A stretch of DNA of 63,563 nt, the filler included, from Deltaproteobacteria bacterium (GTDB lineage Bacteria; Myxococcota; JACRCW01), in the NCBI GenBank assembly GCA_016218805.1. It is 4 parts of 4 records of this genome, joined end to end, with 100 filler letters (N's around TTAATTAATTAA, not from the genome) between each part and the next. Parts side by side here need not be neighbours in the genome. Positions count along the whole stretch, not along the records: positions 25,566 to 53,161 come from JACRCW010000061.1; positions 53,262 to 61,818 come from JACRCW010000065.1; 2 more parts are not named here. The stretch is one strand, 5' to 3'. Made by a program: the position numbers and the translations under genes. Each line of letters begins with the position of its first letter. The stretch's first letter is position 1. The notes beneath the pieces are model-generated. The model had not been told where the DNA came from. It searched no databases and saw only the letters and a list, made by a program, of their open reading frames with translations. Shown piece by piece: positions 47,798 to 56,608 of this stretch.

Positions 47798-48355
47798 ATG
47801 GTCGCGGCTCAACTTCGGTTGCGGAATTTCTACATCTACGAAGACCTGGCCACCTTCCCCGAGGACGGGAAGCGCCGGGAGATCCTTGACGGAGACCTCA
47901 TTGTGAACCCGGCGCCCATCCTCAAGCACCAGCGCGTTTCGCGGAACCTGCAGCGCATCCTGGACGGCCACGTGGAACGCACCGGCGTCGGTGAACTCTT
48001 CTCCGCACCGGTCGACGTCCGGCTCGGGGACGACGTGTTCGAGCCGGACCTGGTGGTGGTGCTGAAGGACTCCCGCGCGCGGCTCACCCGCGCGTTCATT
48101 GAAGGCGCGCCGGACCTGGTGGTGGAGATCCTGTCGCCCAGCACGGAGGAGTGGGACCGGGGGCGCAAGTCCGCGGCCTACGCGCGCGGCGGCGTGCGCG
48201 AATACTGGATCCTGGACCCGGAGCGCCGGCAGTTGGAGCAGTTCACGCTGCAGGAGGGCGCCTTGGTCCGCGTGGGGCTGTTCGGTGCGGACACCCTGAC
48301 CACCGCGCTGCTTCCCGGGCTGCAGGTGGACCTCTCACGGGTGTGGGCGGACTGA
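47798..48355 (+). CDS. Uma2-family (DUF820) PD-(D/E)xK endonuclease, copy 1
   Basis: REILDG.L, PAP..HQ, EPDL, PDLVVEILSPST, YA.GGVREYWILDP. Confidence 0.92.
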   Translation: MVAAQLRLRNFYIYEDLATFPEDGKRREILDGDLIVNPAPILKHQRVSRNLQRILDGHVERTGVGELFSAPVDVRLGDDVFEPDLVVVLKDSRARLTRAFIEGAPDLVVEILSPSTEEWDRGRKSAAYARGGVREYWILDPERRQLEQFTLQEGALVRVGLFGADTLTTALLPGLQVDLSRVWAD

Positions 48356-48441
48356 GGGAGCCACCGGGCCAGGCTCCCGCCCGGCGCGCTGCGCCCCGGA
48401 AGCGGGGCCAGGGGTGTCCTTGGCGAAGGTCAACTCCGTGA

Positions 48442-48594
48442 GCCCCCCACCCCAGCCCTCCCCCCGTCGCCACTGACGCAATCGCAATCGCGTGCAACGA
48501 CGGGTGGAGGGGGTCCCGCCGTGCTCCCTCCCCCCGCCCTGGGTGACGACGTCGGCCGGCAAGCGTGGGCGGGGGGAGGGCTGGGGTGGGGGGC
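48442..48594. repeat. Nested palindromic REP-like doublet
   Basis: 24-bp perfect IR GCCCCCCACCCCAGCCCTCCCCCC / GGGGGGAGGGCTGGGGTGGGGGGC enclosing two inner CCCTCCCCCC..GGAGGG hairpins. Confidence 0.8.
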
Positions 48595-48747
48595 AGCCGT
48601 TGACCGGGTGGGGACCCACCCGAGAGGTGTCTCACCCAATGAGGCAGTCGTCCCAGGCTGGGTTCGCACACTTCCCGACGGGACGGCCCCCGCGCGCCGG
48701 TGAAGGACCGCGCGCCGGTGCTACCCTGCGCGTCACGGAGGGCAACC

Positions 48748-49305
48748 ATGGTCGCGGCTCAACTTCGGTTGCGGAACTTCTACATCTACGAAGACCTGGC
48801 CACCTTCCCCGAGGACGGGAAGCGCCGGGAGATCCTCGATGGAGACCTCATTGTGAACCCGGCGCCCATCCTCAAGCACCAGCAGGTCCTGCAGAACCTG
48901 AACCGCATCCTGGACGCTCACATGCAGCGCACCGGCGCCGGCAACCTGTTTTTCGCACCGGTTGACGTGCGGCTCGGGGACAACGTGTTCGAGCCGGACC
49001 TCCTTGTGGTGCTGAAGGACTCCCGCGCGCGGCTCACCCGCGCGTTCATTGAAGGCCCGCCGGACCTGGTGGTGGAGATCCTGTCGCCCAGCACGGAGGA
49101 GTGGGACCGGGGGCGCAAGTCCGCGGCCTACGCGCGCGGCGGCGTGCGCGAATACTGGATCCTGGACCCGGAGCGCCGGCAGCTGGAGCAGTTCACGCTG
49201 CAGGAGGGCGCCTTGGTCCGCGTGGGGCTGTTCGGTGCGGACACGCTGACCACCGCGCTGCTTCCCGGGCTGCAGGTGGACCTCTCACGGGTGTGGGCGG
49301 ACTGA
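48748..49305 (+). CDS. Uma2-family endonuclease, copy 2
   Basis: Near-identical to copy 1 except for one internal patch. Confidence 0.92.
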   Translation: MVAAQLRLRNFYIYEDLATFPEDGKRREILDGDLIVNPAPILKHQQVLQNLNRILDAHMQRTGAGNLFFAPVDVRLGDNVFEPDLLVVLKDSRARLTRAFIEGPPDLVVEILSPSTEEWDRGRKSAAYARGGVREYWILDPERRQLEQFTLQEGALVRVGLFGADTLTTALLPGLQVDLSRVWAD

Positions 49306-49330
49306 GGCGGCAGGGACCCGCACGCCTCCG

Positions 49331-49576
49331 GTGGCCACCCTGGCGGGCGCGGAAAGACCCCGGGAGACGCCCCCCGCGCGGTTCCGGACCTCCCCCGCGC
49401 TGTTCCGGACCTCCCCCGCGCCGTTCCGGACTTCCCCCGCGCTGTTCCGGACCTCCCCCGCCCCGTTCCGGACTCCCCCCGCGCTATTCCGGACTTCCCC
49501 CGCGTTATTCAGGACTTCCCCCGCGCGGTTCCGGACCTCCCACCCACCCTTCCAGCCCCAACACCCGCGGTGCTAG
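49331..49576 (+). CDS. Putative small heptad-repeat peptide PA(R/L/P)FRTS x8
   Basis: Many differences between repeat units are synonymous in this frame; GTG start without a clear RBS. Confidence 0.35.
   Translation: MATLAGAERPRETPPARFRTSPALFRTSPAPFRTSPALFRTSPAPFRTPPALFRTSPALFRTSPARFRTSHPPFQPQHPRC
49372..49539 (+). repeat. 8 x 21-bp tandem repeat
   Basis: Consensus CCCCGCGCNGTTCCGGACYTC, no spacers; lies inside the small ORF 49331-49576. Confidence 0.95.
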
Positions 49577-49620
49577 GGAATCCACCCACACCCACACCAA
49601 ACCAAGAGGGGAGCCCGCCC

Positions 49621-50370
49621 ATGACCACCATCGCCGCCTTTGAAGTTTCCACGTCCGTGTTGATTGACCAGGCCCGTACCACCCTGCGGGCGTTCCAGGC
49701 TCCGGAGGATGCGCCGCGGGTGGCGGAGCTGGCGCCGGAGGGCCTGAAGGCGCAGGAGTTCAAGGCGGATCTGGACAAGGCGGCCAAGGAGCTGGAGACC
49801 GTGGAGGCGGACCAGGAGCGCGCCAAGCAGGCCTACCAGAAGGAAGCGGATGAGGACCAGGCGGTGGCCGAAGAGGGCTACCGCTGGGTGTTGCGCACCC
49901 ACGCCAAGGCGCGGTCCTACCTGTCGGACGTGGACAGCGACCCGGATGACATTCCGGGGAAGCTGCGGTTCGGGCACCTGCGCAGCGCGCGGGCGCGCGG
50001 GGTCAAGTACGAAATGCTGGTCCTCCTCCCCGAGGTCACGGCGCTGGCCGGGAAGCTGACGGGGGTGGGCGCGGGGCCGGAGTTTGTGGCGGAGGGGCAG
50101 GACATCCTGCGCCGGCTGGGCGTGGAGCTGCAGGAGACAGCGGACGCCAAGGCCAAGCGCGAAGCGCTCACCCGCAAGGTGCGCCGGCAGGAGATTGTAA
50201 CCAGCCGCGTGCTGCGCAAGCTGGTGGCCGCGGACGAAGCGGCGTCCCTGGCGCGGCCCGAGCGGGCGCCGGCATTCCGGCTGGACGTGATCAACGCGGA
50301 GCTGGGCCGGCTGGCGGCGCAGCATGAGGCGCGCCTGGTGGCGCGGACCCGCCCGGTCAACGACGAGTGA
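49621..50370 (+). CDS. Hypothetical all-alpha protein with an apparent internal duplication
   Basis: GAGGGGAG RBS; 249 aa, charged and helical, no catalytic motif recognised. Confidence 0.75.
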   Translation: MTTIAAFEVSTSVLIDQARTTLRAFQAPEDAPRVAELAPEGLKAQEFKADLDKAAKELETVEADQERAKQAYQKEADEDQAVAEEGYRWVLRTHAKARSYLSDVDSDPDDIPGKLRFGHLRSARARGVKYEMLVLLPEVTALAGKLTGVGAGPEFVAEGQDILRRLGVELQETADAKAKREALTRKVRRQEIVTSRVLRKLVAADEAASLARPERAPAFRLDVINAELGRLAAQHEARLVARTRPVNDE

Positions 50371-53012
50371 GCGGCCTGGAGGGCAGGCTGAAGGCGGGAT
50401 TTGCGCTTGCCCTGGTGCTGCTGGGAGTGGCCGGTTTCATCTCCGTGCAGGAGGTCAATCTGCTGGTGGACCGCCACGCGGACGCCACGCGTGCGCGCGC
50501 CGTGCGCACGGAGTTGGAAGAGACCATTGGGCTGGTGCTGGAATTGACCACCGCCGCGCGCGGGTACCTCCTCACCGGCGACGCGCTGTTCCAGCAGCAG
50601 CACGACTGGGCAGCGGCGCAGCTGGTGGAGCACCTTCGCCCGTTGGAGGCGCTGGTCCCGCAAGGGGACCAGCGTGCACGGCTGGTGCGGTTGCGGCCGT
50701 TGCTGGCTGAGCAGGCCGCGCAGGCCCGGGCGGACGTGGAGGCGCGCAACGCGGAGGGTGCGGGGGCGGTGGGGCGGTTGTTGGCGGCGGCCCCCGGTGA
50801 CAGCCCGCTGCCGCGCATCCGCGCGCTCATTGATGAGATGAAGGAAGCCCAGCTGCGCCTGTCCGACGAGCGCGAACGCGCCACGCGGGCGCAGGCGCGC
50901 CAGGCGCAGGCCGGCGCGGCACTGGCGGCGCTGCTGGGCCTGGTGCTGGTGGGCGTGCTGCTGCGGTTGCTGCTGGGTGAACTGGCGCACCGGCGGCGCA
51001 CGGAGCGGGAGGCGCTGCAGGCGCGCGCGTTCCTGGACGCGGTGGTGGCCAACATCCCGGACATGATCTTTGTGAAGGATGCACGGGACCTGCGCTTCAC
51101 GCTGTTCAACCGCGCGGGCGAGGAGCTGGTGGGGCACAAGCTGGCCGACATGGCGGGCAAGGACGTGTACGACCTGTTCCCCCGGGCGCAGGCGGACTTC
51201 TTCACGGCCAAGGACCGCGAGGTGCTGGCGGGCCGCACCACGGTGGACATCCCGGAGGAGCCGCTGGACACGCCGCGGGGCCGGCGGATTCTGCACACGC
51301 GCAAGGTCCCCCTGCGGGACGCCGCCGGGGAGCCGGCGTTCCTGCTGGGCATCTCCGAGGACATCACCGACCAGAAGGCGGCGCAGGAGGAGCGTGCGCG
51401 GTTGATTGCCATCATTGAGTCCAGCCCGGACATGGTGGGACTGGCCACGCCGGACGGGCAGGTGCGCTACGTCAACGCCGCCGGGCGGCGGCTGCTGGGG
51501 CTGGCGCCGGACGTGGAGCTGTCCGCCACCAGCCTGGCCGAGTACCTGCCGCCGGCCGGCCGGGAGGTGGTGCTGGGCAGGGGACTGCCGGCGGCCATCC
51601 GGGAGGGGGTGTGGCGTGGGGAGGCGCCCGTGCAGACGGTGGATGGCCGGGTGATCAGTTGCGCGCTGGTGCTGGCGGCGCACCGTAACGCGGTGGGCGA
51701 GGTGGAGTACGTCTCCGCCATCATCCGGGACATCACCGAGCAGAAGCAGTTTGAGCACGTGTTGGAGCAGCGCGTGGCGGAGCGCACGCGGGAGTTGCAG
51801 GCGGAGACGGAAGCGCGCCAGCAGGTGCAGCACCAGCTGGTGGAGTCCCAGAAGATGGAGGGGATTGGCCGGCTGGCCGGCGGGGTGGCGCATGACTTCA
51901 ACAACCTGCTCAGCGTGATCCTCTCCTACTCCGAGCTGCTGTTGGAGCAGGTGCGGCCCGGGGACCCCGCGCGCGAGGACATTGAGGCCATCCAGAAGGC
52001 GGGCAAACAGGCCGCCCGGCTGACGCAGCAGCTGCTGGCGTTCAGCCGCCGCCAGGTGCTGCAGGCGCGCGTGGTGGACCTCAACGAGGTGGTCACCGGC
52101 ATGGGCCGGATGGTGGGCCGGATCGTCGGCGAGGACGTGGAGGTGCGGGTGGCCACCGCGGCCACGGGGATGGTGCGGTGTGATTCGGGGCAGGTGGAGC
52201 AGGCGCTGCTGAACCTGGTGGTGAACTCACGGGACGCCATGCCCACGGGCGGGATGCTGACCATTGAGACCGCGGACGCGGTGCTGGACGCGTCCTACGC
52301 CGTCACCCACGCGGGCGTGGCGGCGGGGCCGTACGTCATGCTGGCGGTGAGTGACACGGGGACCGGGATGGACGCGGCCACGCTGGCGCGGGTGTTTGAG
52401 CCGTTCTTCACCACCAAGGAGAAGGGCAAGGGAACGGGGCTGGGGCTCAGCACGGCGTACGGGATTGTCAAGCAGAGCGGTGGGCACATCTTTGTCTACA
52501 GCGAGCCGGACCAGGGGACCACGTTCAAGATCTACCTGCCGCGGACCAGCGCCACGGACGCGGACCGGCCGGCGCCGGCCCGGCCGGGGGCGCGGCGCGG
52601 CACGGAGACGGTGCTGCTGGTGGAGGATGAGGAGCAGCTGCGGACGCTGGCGCGGGCCATCCTGCAGCGGCACGGCTACCGCGTGCTGGAAGCCAGCAAC
52701 GGCGGGGCGGCCCTGCTGCTGACCGAACAGCACGCCGACCCCATCCACCTGCTGCTCAGCGACGTGGTGATGCCCCAGATGAGCGGCAGCCAGCTGGCGG
52801 AGCGGCTGGGGAAGGTGCGGCCGGACATGCGGGTGCTGTTCACCTCCGGCTACACGGACGATGTGGTGGTCCACCACGGCGTGCTGCACCCGGACCTGGC
52901 CTTCCTGCAGAAGCCCTTCACGCCGGACGCGCTGGTGGCCAAGGTGCGCGAAGTGCTGGATGCGCCGGCCGGCCGGTTTGAGGCCGGAAGGCTCCCCCGG
53001 AAGTCCCCGTGA
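50367..53012 (+). CDS. Hybrid sensor kinase CHASE3-PAS-PAS-HisKA-HATPase-REC
   Basis: RGYLLTGD, two PAS domains, LAGGVAHDFNNLL, GTGLGL, VLLVEDE..SDVVMP..KPF. Confidence 0.95.
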   Translation: MSGLEGRLKAGFALALVLLGVAGFISVQEVNLLVDRHADATRARAVRTELEETIGLVLELTTAARGYLLTGDALFQQQHDWAAAQLVEHLRPLEALVPQGDQRARLVRLRPLLAEQAAQARADVEARNAEGAGAVGRLLAAAPGDSPLPRIRALIDEMKEAQLRLSDERERATRAQARQAQAGAALAALLGLVLVGVLLRLLLGELAHRRRTEREALQARAFLDAVVANIPDMIFVKDARDLRFTLFNRAGEELVGHKLADMAGKDVYDLFPRAQADFFTAKDREVLAGRTTVDIPEEPLDTPRGRRILHTRKVPLRDAAGEPAFLLGISEDITDQKAAQEERARLIAIIESSPDMVGLATPDGQVRYVNAAGRRLLGLAPDVELSATSLAEYLPPAGREVVLGRGLPAAIREGVWRGEAPVQTVDGRVISCALVLAAHRNAVGEVEYVSAIIRDITEQKQFEHVLEQRVAERTRELQAETEARQQVQHQLVESQKMEGIGRLAGGVAHDFNNLLSVILSYSELLLEQVRPGDPAREDIEAIQKAGKQAARLTQQLLAFSRRQVLQARVVDLNEVVTGMGRMVGRIVGEDVEVRVATAATGMVRCDSGQVEQALLNLVVNSRDAMPTGGMLTIETADAVLDASYAVTHAGVAAGPYVMLAVSDTGTGMDAATLARVFEPFFTTKEKGKGTGLGLSTAYGIVKQSGGHIFVYSEPDQGTTFKIYLPRTSATDADRPAPARPGARRGTETVLLVEDEEQLRTLARAILQRHGYRVLEASNGGAALLLTEQHADPIHLLLSDVVMPQMSGSQLAERLGKVRPDMRVLFTSGYTDDVVVHHGVLHPDLAFLQKPFTPDALVAKVREVLDAPAGRFEAGRLPRKSP

Positions 53013-53070
53013 GGCGCCCCGGGCAAGGGGGTTGCCAAACCAACCCCCCGCGTGCCACACGCGGCGCGTC

Positions 53071-53161
53071 ATGACGACGTCAGAGGCGGCGCAGCCGCAA
53101 ACCGGGGATTTCTCGCAGGCGCCCAGCGGCAGTTTTGACGACCTGGACATCCCTGCGGACA
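53071..53161 (+). CDS. N-terminal fragment, possibly a DEAD-box helicase (partial)
   Basis: MTTSEAA..SFDDLDIP resembles the F..L.L preceding a Q-motif; cut by the contig end. Confidence 0.35.
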
Positions 53162-53261
53162 NNNNNNNNNNNNNNNNNNNNNNNNNNNNNNNNNNNNNNN
53201 NNNNNTTAATTAATTAANNNNNNNNNNNNNNNNNNNNNNNNNNNNNNNNNNNNNNNNNNNN
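53162..53261. other. Artificial contig spacer
   Basis: N44-TTAATTAATTAA-N44. Confidence 0.99.
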
Positions 53262-53467
53262 CGGCCCCCACCTTCGGCGGCTCCCTGGTCACCGTGGAGG
53301 TGCACCTGCTGGACGCGGACACTGACCTCTACGGCCGTGAGCTGGAGGTCGCCTTTGTCCACCGGTTGCGCCCTGAGCAGCGCTTTGACGGGATTGACGC
53401 ACTGCGCGGCCAGATCCAGGCCGACGTCACGGAGGCGCGCCGCCTGCTGGCAGGCCCGCCGGCGTGA
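53262..53467 (+). CDS. ribF: Riboflavin kinase/FAD synthetase C-terminus (partial)
   Basis: PTFGG..VEVHLLD..DLYG.ELEV.F..RLRPEQRF.GIDAL..QI..D; not in the ORF track. Confidence 0.9.
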
Positions 53468-53596
53468 CGCACATTTCCCCCCATGGTCGCCGGTTGCCGC
53501 CCGGGCCGCCCGGGTTGTACCTAGGGAAACCTTCATGTCTGCGGGGCCTGCGGGGAGCCCCGCGCCAGTACAGACCGGAACAGGAGCCACGCGCCC

Positions 53597-55330
53597 ATGG
53601 CAGGAAGACTCGGTGAATTGCTCGTCCGTGAGAACCTGATCACGCTGCAGCAGTTGCAGGCAGCCCAGGAGGAGCAACGCAAACAGGGCGGCAAACTCGG
53701 CTACAACCTGACCAAGCTGGGGTTCATCCAGGAGCAGGACCTCACCAACTTTCTTTCCAAGCAGTACGGCGTCCCCGCCATCAACCTCAATGACTTTGAG
53801 ATTGAGCAGGAAGTCATCAAGCTCATTCCCAAGGAGGTGGCGGAGAAGCACCAGGTCATCCCGGTCAACCGCGCGGGCAGCTCCCTCATCGTCGCCATGA
53901 GTGACCCGTCCAACATCTTTGCCATTGACGACATCAAGTTCCTCACCGGGTACAACATTGAGGTCGTCGTCGCCTCGGAAGGCGCCATCAAGCAGTCCAT
54001 TGAGAAGTATTACAACCCGATGAACGCGTCGGGCGGCGCCGGGCAGGAGCTGCCGGAGGGCATGAACGTCGAAGACATCATGAACGAGTTTGACGACAAG
54101 GAGGTCGCCGTCGCCGAGGGCGAGGAGAGCTCCGTCAACGTGGTGGACCTGGAGAATGCCGCCGGGGATGCGCCCGTTGTCAAGCTGGTGAACCTCATCC
54201 TGGTGGAGGCCATCAAGAAGAAGGCCAGTGACATCCACGTGGAGCCCTATGAGAAGGACTTCCGGGTGCGCTACCGCATTGACGGCATGCTCTATGAAGT
54301 GATGAAGCCGCCCATCAAGCTCAAGAACTCCATCGTCGCGCGTATGAAGGTCATGGCGGACCTGGACATTGCTGAACGCCGCCTCCCGCAGGACGGGCGC
54401 ATCAAGCTGAAGGTGGGCGCCAAGGAGATGGACTACCGCGTGAGCGTGTTGCCCACGCTGTTTGGCGAAAAGGTGGTCCTGCGGTTGCTGGACAAGAGCA
54501 ACCTGCAGCTGGACATGACCAAGCTGGGCCTGGAACCCCACCAGATTGCGGACATGATGGTGGGCATCAAGAAGCCCTACGGCATGTGCCTGGTCACCGG
54601 CCCCACGGGCTCCGGCAAGACCACCACGCTGTACTCCGCGCTCAGTTCGCTCAATGCGCCCAACGTCAACATCTCCACGGCGGAAGACCCGGTGGAGTTC
54701 AACTTTGCCGGCATCAACCAGGTGCAGATGCATGAGGACATTGGGCTCAACTTTGCCGCGGCGCTGCGCAGCTTCCTGCGGCAGGACCCCAACATCATCA
54801 TGGTGGGCGAGATCCGGGACTTTGAAACGGCGGAAATCGCCGTCAAGGCGTCACTCACCGGCCACATGGTGCTCAGCACGCTGCATACCAATGACGCCCC
54901 CTCCACCATCACGCGCATGCTGAACATGGGCATTGAGCCGTTCTTGGTGACGGCGTCGGTGAACGTGATCATCGCCCAGCGCCTGGCGCGCCGCATCTGC
55001 AAGGAATGTTCGCAGGAGATTGACGTGCCCAAGGACGTCCTGGTTGGGGCGCAGGTGAAAGCGGACGAGGTGGGCACCTTCAAGCTGTTCAAGGGCAAGG
55101 GCTGCGAGAAGTGCAGCAACACCGGTTACAAGGGCCGCGTCGCGTTGTATGAGGTGCTCACCATGAAGGATGAACTCAAGGAGTTTGTCCTCAACGGCGC
55201 GTCCACCGGTGAAATCAAGAACGAGGCCATCCGCCTGGGAATGCAGACGCTGCGTGCCAGTGCCCTGCGCAAGCTCAAGGAAGGCGTGACCACCGTGGAA
55301 GAAGTCCTCCGCGTCTCGGCGGCGGATTGA
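53597..55330 (+). CDS. pilB: Type IV-A pilus assembly ATPase
   Basis: MshEN-like RLGELLV, ASDIHVEP, GPTGSGKTTTLY, LRQDP, Zn-Cys motifs. Confidence 0.97.
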   Translation: MAGRLGELLVRENLITLQQLQAAQEEQRKQGGKLGYNLTKLGFIQEQDLTNFLSKQYGVPAINLNDFEIEQEVIKLIPKEVAEKHQVIPVNRAGSSLIVAMSDPSNIFAIDDIKFLTGYNIEVVVASEGAIKQSIEKYYNPMNASGGAGQELPEGMNVEDIMNEFDDKEVAVAEGEESSVNVVDLENAAGDAPVVKLVNLILVEAIKKKASDIHVEPYEKDFRVRYRIDGMLYEVMKPPIKLKNSIVARMKVMADLDIAERRLPQDGRIKLKVGAKEMDYRVSVLPTLFGEKVVLRLLDKSNLQLDMTKLGLEPHQIADMMVGIKKPYGMCLVTGPTGSGKTTTLYSALSSLNAPNVNISTAEDPVEFNFAGINQVQMHEDIGLNFAAALRSFLRQDPNIIMVGEIRDFETAEIAVKASLTGHMVLSTLHTNDAPSTITRMLNMGIEPFLVTASVNVIIAQRLARRICKECSQEIDVPKDVLVGAQVKADEVGTFKLFKGKGCEKCSNTGYKGRVALYEVLTMKDELKEFVLNGASTGEIKNEAIRLGMQTLRASALRKLKEGVTTVEEVLRVSAAD

Positions 55331-55420
55331 ACCCGCGTTTTTTGACGACCCATCACCGCGGTGGCAGCATCCATCCGATGCGGTCACCCCCAGCCGGGTA
55401 GGATGTTTCCGGAGACCTGA

Positions 55421-56575
55421 ATGGCCAATCTGCACCAGCTTCTGAAGGCCATGATTGAGAAGGGGGCCAGCGACCTGCACCTCACCACGGGGTCGCCTCC
55501 GCAGCTGCGCATTGACGGCGTGTTGGTGCCGCTCAAGACGCCGCCGCTGACGCCCGTGGACACCAAGCAGCTGTGCTACTCCATCCTCACGGACGCGCAG
55601 AAACACCAATTTGAGGAGCAGAACGAGCTGGACCTCAGCTTTGGTGTCAAGAACCTTTCCCGGTTCCGCGCCAACCTGTTCCTGCAGCGTGGCGCGGTGG
55701 CCGGCGCGTTCCGGACCATCCCGTTCAAGATCCTCACGTTCCAGGAGCTGGGCCTGCCCCCCGTCATTGGTGAGCTGGCGGACCGCCCGCGCGGCCTGGT
55801 GCTGGTCACCGGTCCCACCGGCAGCGGCAAGTCCACCACCCTGGCGACGATCATCGACAAGATCAACAGCGAGCAGCACTACCACATCCTCACCATTGAA
55901 GACCCGATTGAGTTCCTGCACCCGCACAAGAACTGCATCGTCAATCAGCGCGAAGTGGGCGCGGACACGGACAGCTTCAAGAAGGCGCTGAAGTACGTGC
56001 TGCGGCAGGACCCGGACGTGGTGCTTGTGGGCGAGATGCGCGACCTGGAGACCATTGAGTCCGCGCTGGTGGTCTCCGAAACGGGTCACCTGGCGTTTGG
56101 GACGCTGCACACCAACAGCTGCGTGCAGTCCATCAACCGCATTGTGGACGTGTTCCCGCCCTACCAGCAGCCGCAGGTACGCGCGCAGCTCAGCTTTGTG
56201 CTGGAGGGCGTGCTCAGCCAGCAGCTGTTGCCCAAGATGACGGGGCAGGGCCGCTGCCTGGCGCTGGAGATCATGACCCCCAACGCGGCCATCCGGAACC
56301 TCATCCGCGAAGACAAGGTCCACCAGATCTACAGCGCCATGCAGGTGGGCCAGGGCAAGAGCGGCATGCAGACCATGAACCAGAGCCTGCTGTCTCTCGT
56401 CGTCAAGCGCCTCATCTCCGTGGATGAGGGCCTGACGCGCGCCGGTGACCTGGACGAGTTCCGCAACATGCTGTCCCAGGCGGGCGTGGTGGTGGCCAAG
56501 CAGACCTTCCAGGCTCCCAGCCTGTCCCAGCCGTCTTCCGCCCCGGGCGGGGGCGGCAAGCCCGCGGGGCGTTGA
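55421..56575 (+). CDS. pilT: Type IV pilus retraction ATPase
   Basis: GASDLHL, GPTGSGKSTTLA, AIRNLIRE. Confidence 0.97.
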   Translation: MANLHQLLKAMIEKGASDLHLTTGSPPQLRIDGVLVPLKTPPLTPVDTKQLCYSILTDAQKHQFEEQNELDLSFGVKNLSRFRANLFLQRGAVAGAFRTIPFKILTFQELGLPPVIGELADRPRGLVLVTGPTGSGKSTTLATIIDKINSEQHYHILTIEDPIEFLHPHKNCIVNQREVGADTDSFKKALKYVLRQDPDVVLVGEMRDLETIESALVVSETGHLAFGTLHTNSCVQSINRIVDVFPPYQQPQVRAQLSFVLEGVLSQQLLPKMTGQGRCLALEIMTPNAAIRNLIREDKVHQIYSAMQVGQGKSGMQTMNQSLLSLVVKRLISVDEGLTRAGDLDEFRNMLSQAGVVVAKQTFQAPSLSQPSSAPGGGGKPAGR

Positions 56576-56608
56576 GCACGCTTGCCGCCGTAGCAACCGG
56601 AGGAGTCC

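Noticed and set aside
47798..49305. Diversity-generating retroelement TR/VR pair
   Set aside because: Differences are not restricted to adenines of either copy, both copies are full genes, and no reverse transcriptase is nearby.
49372..49539. CRISPR array
   Set aside because: Units are directly contiguous with no unique spacers, and no cas genes are present.
53071..53467. Operon linking the hybrid-kinase region to ribF-pilB
   Set aside because: Separated by an artificial contig join, so adjacency is unsupported.
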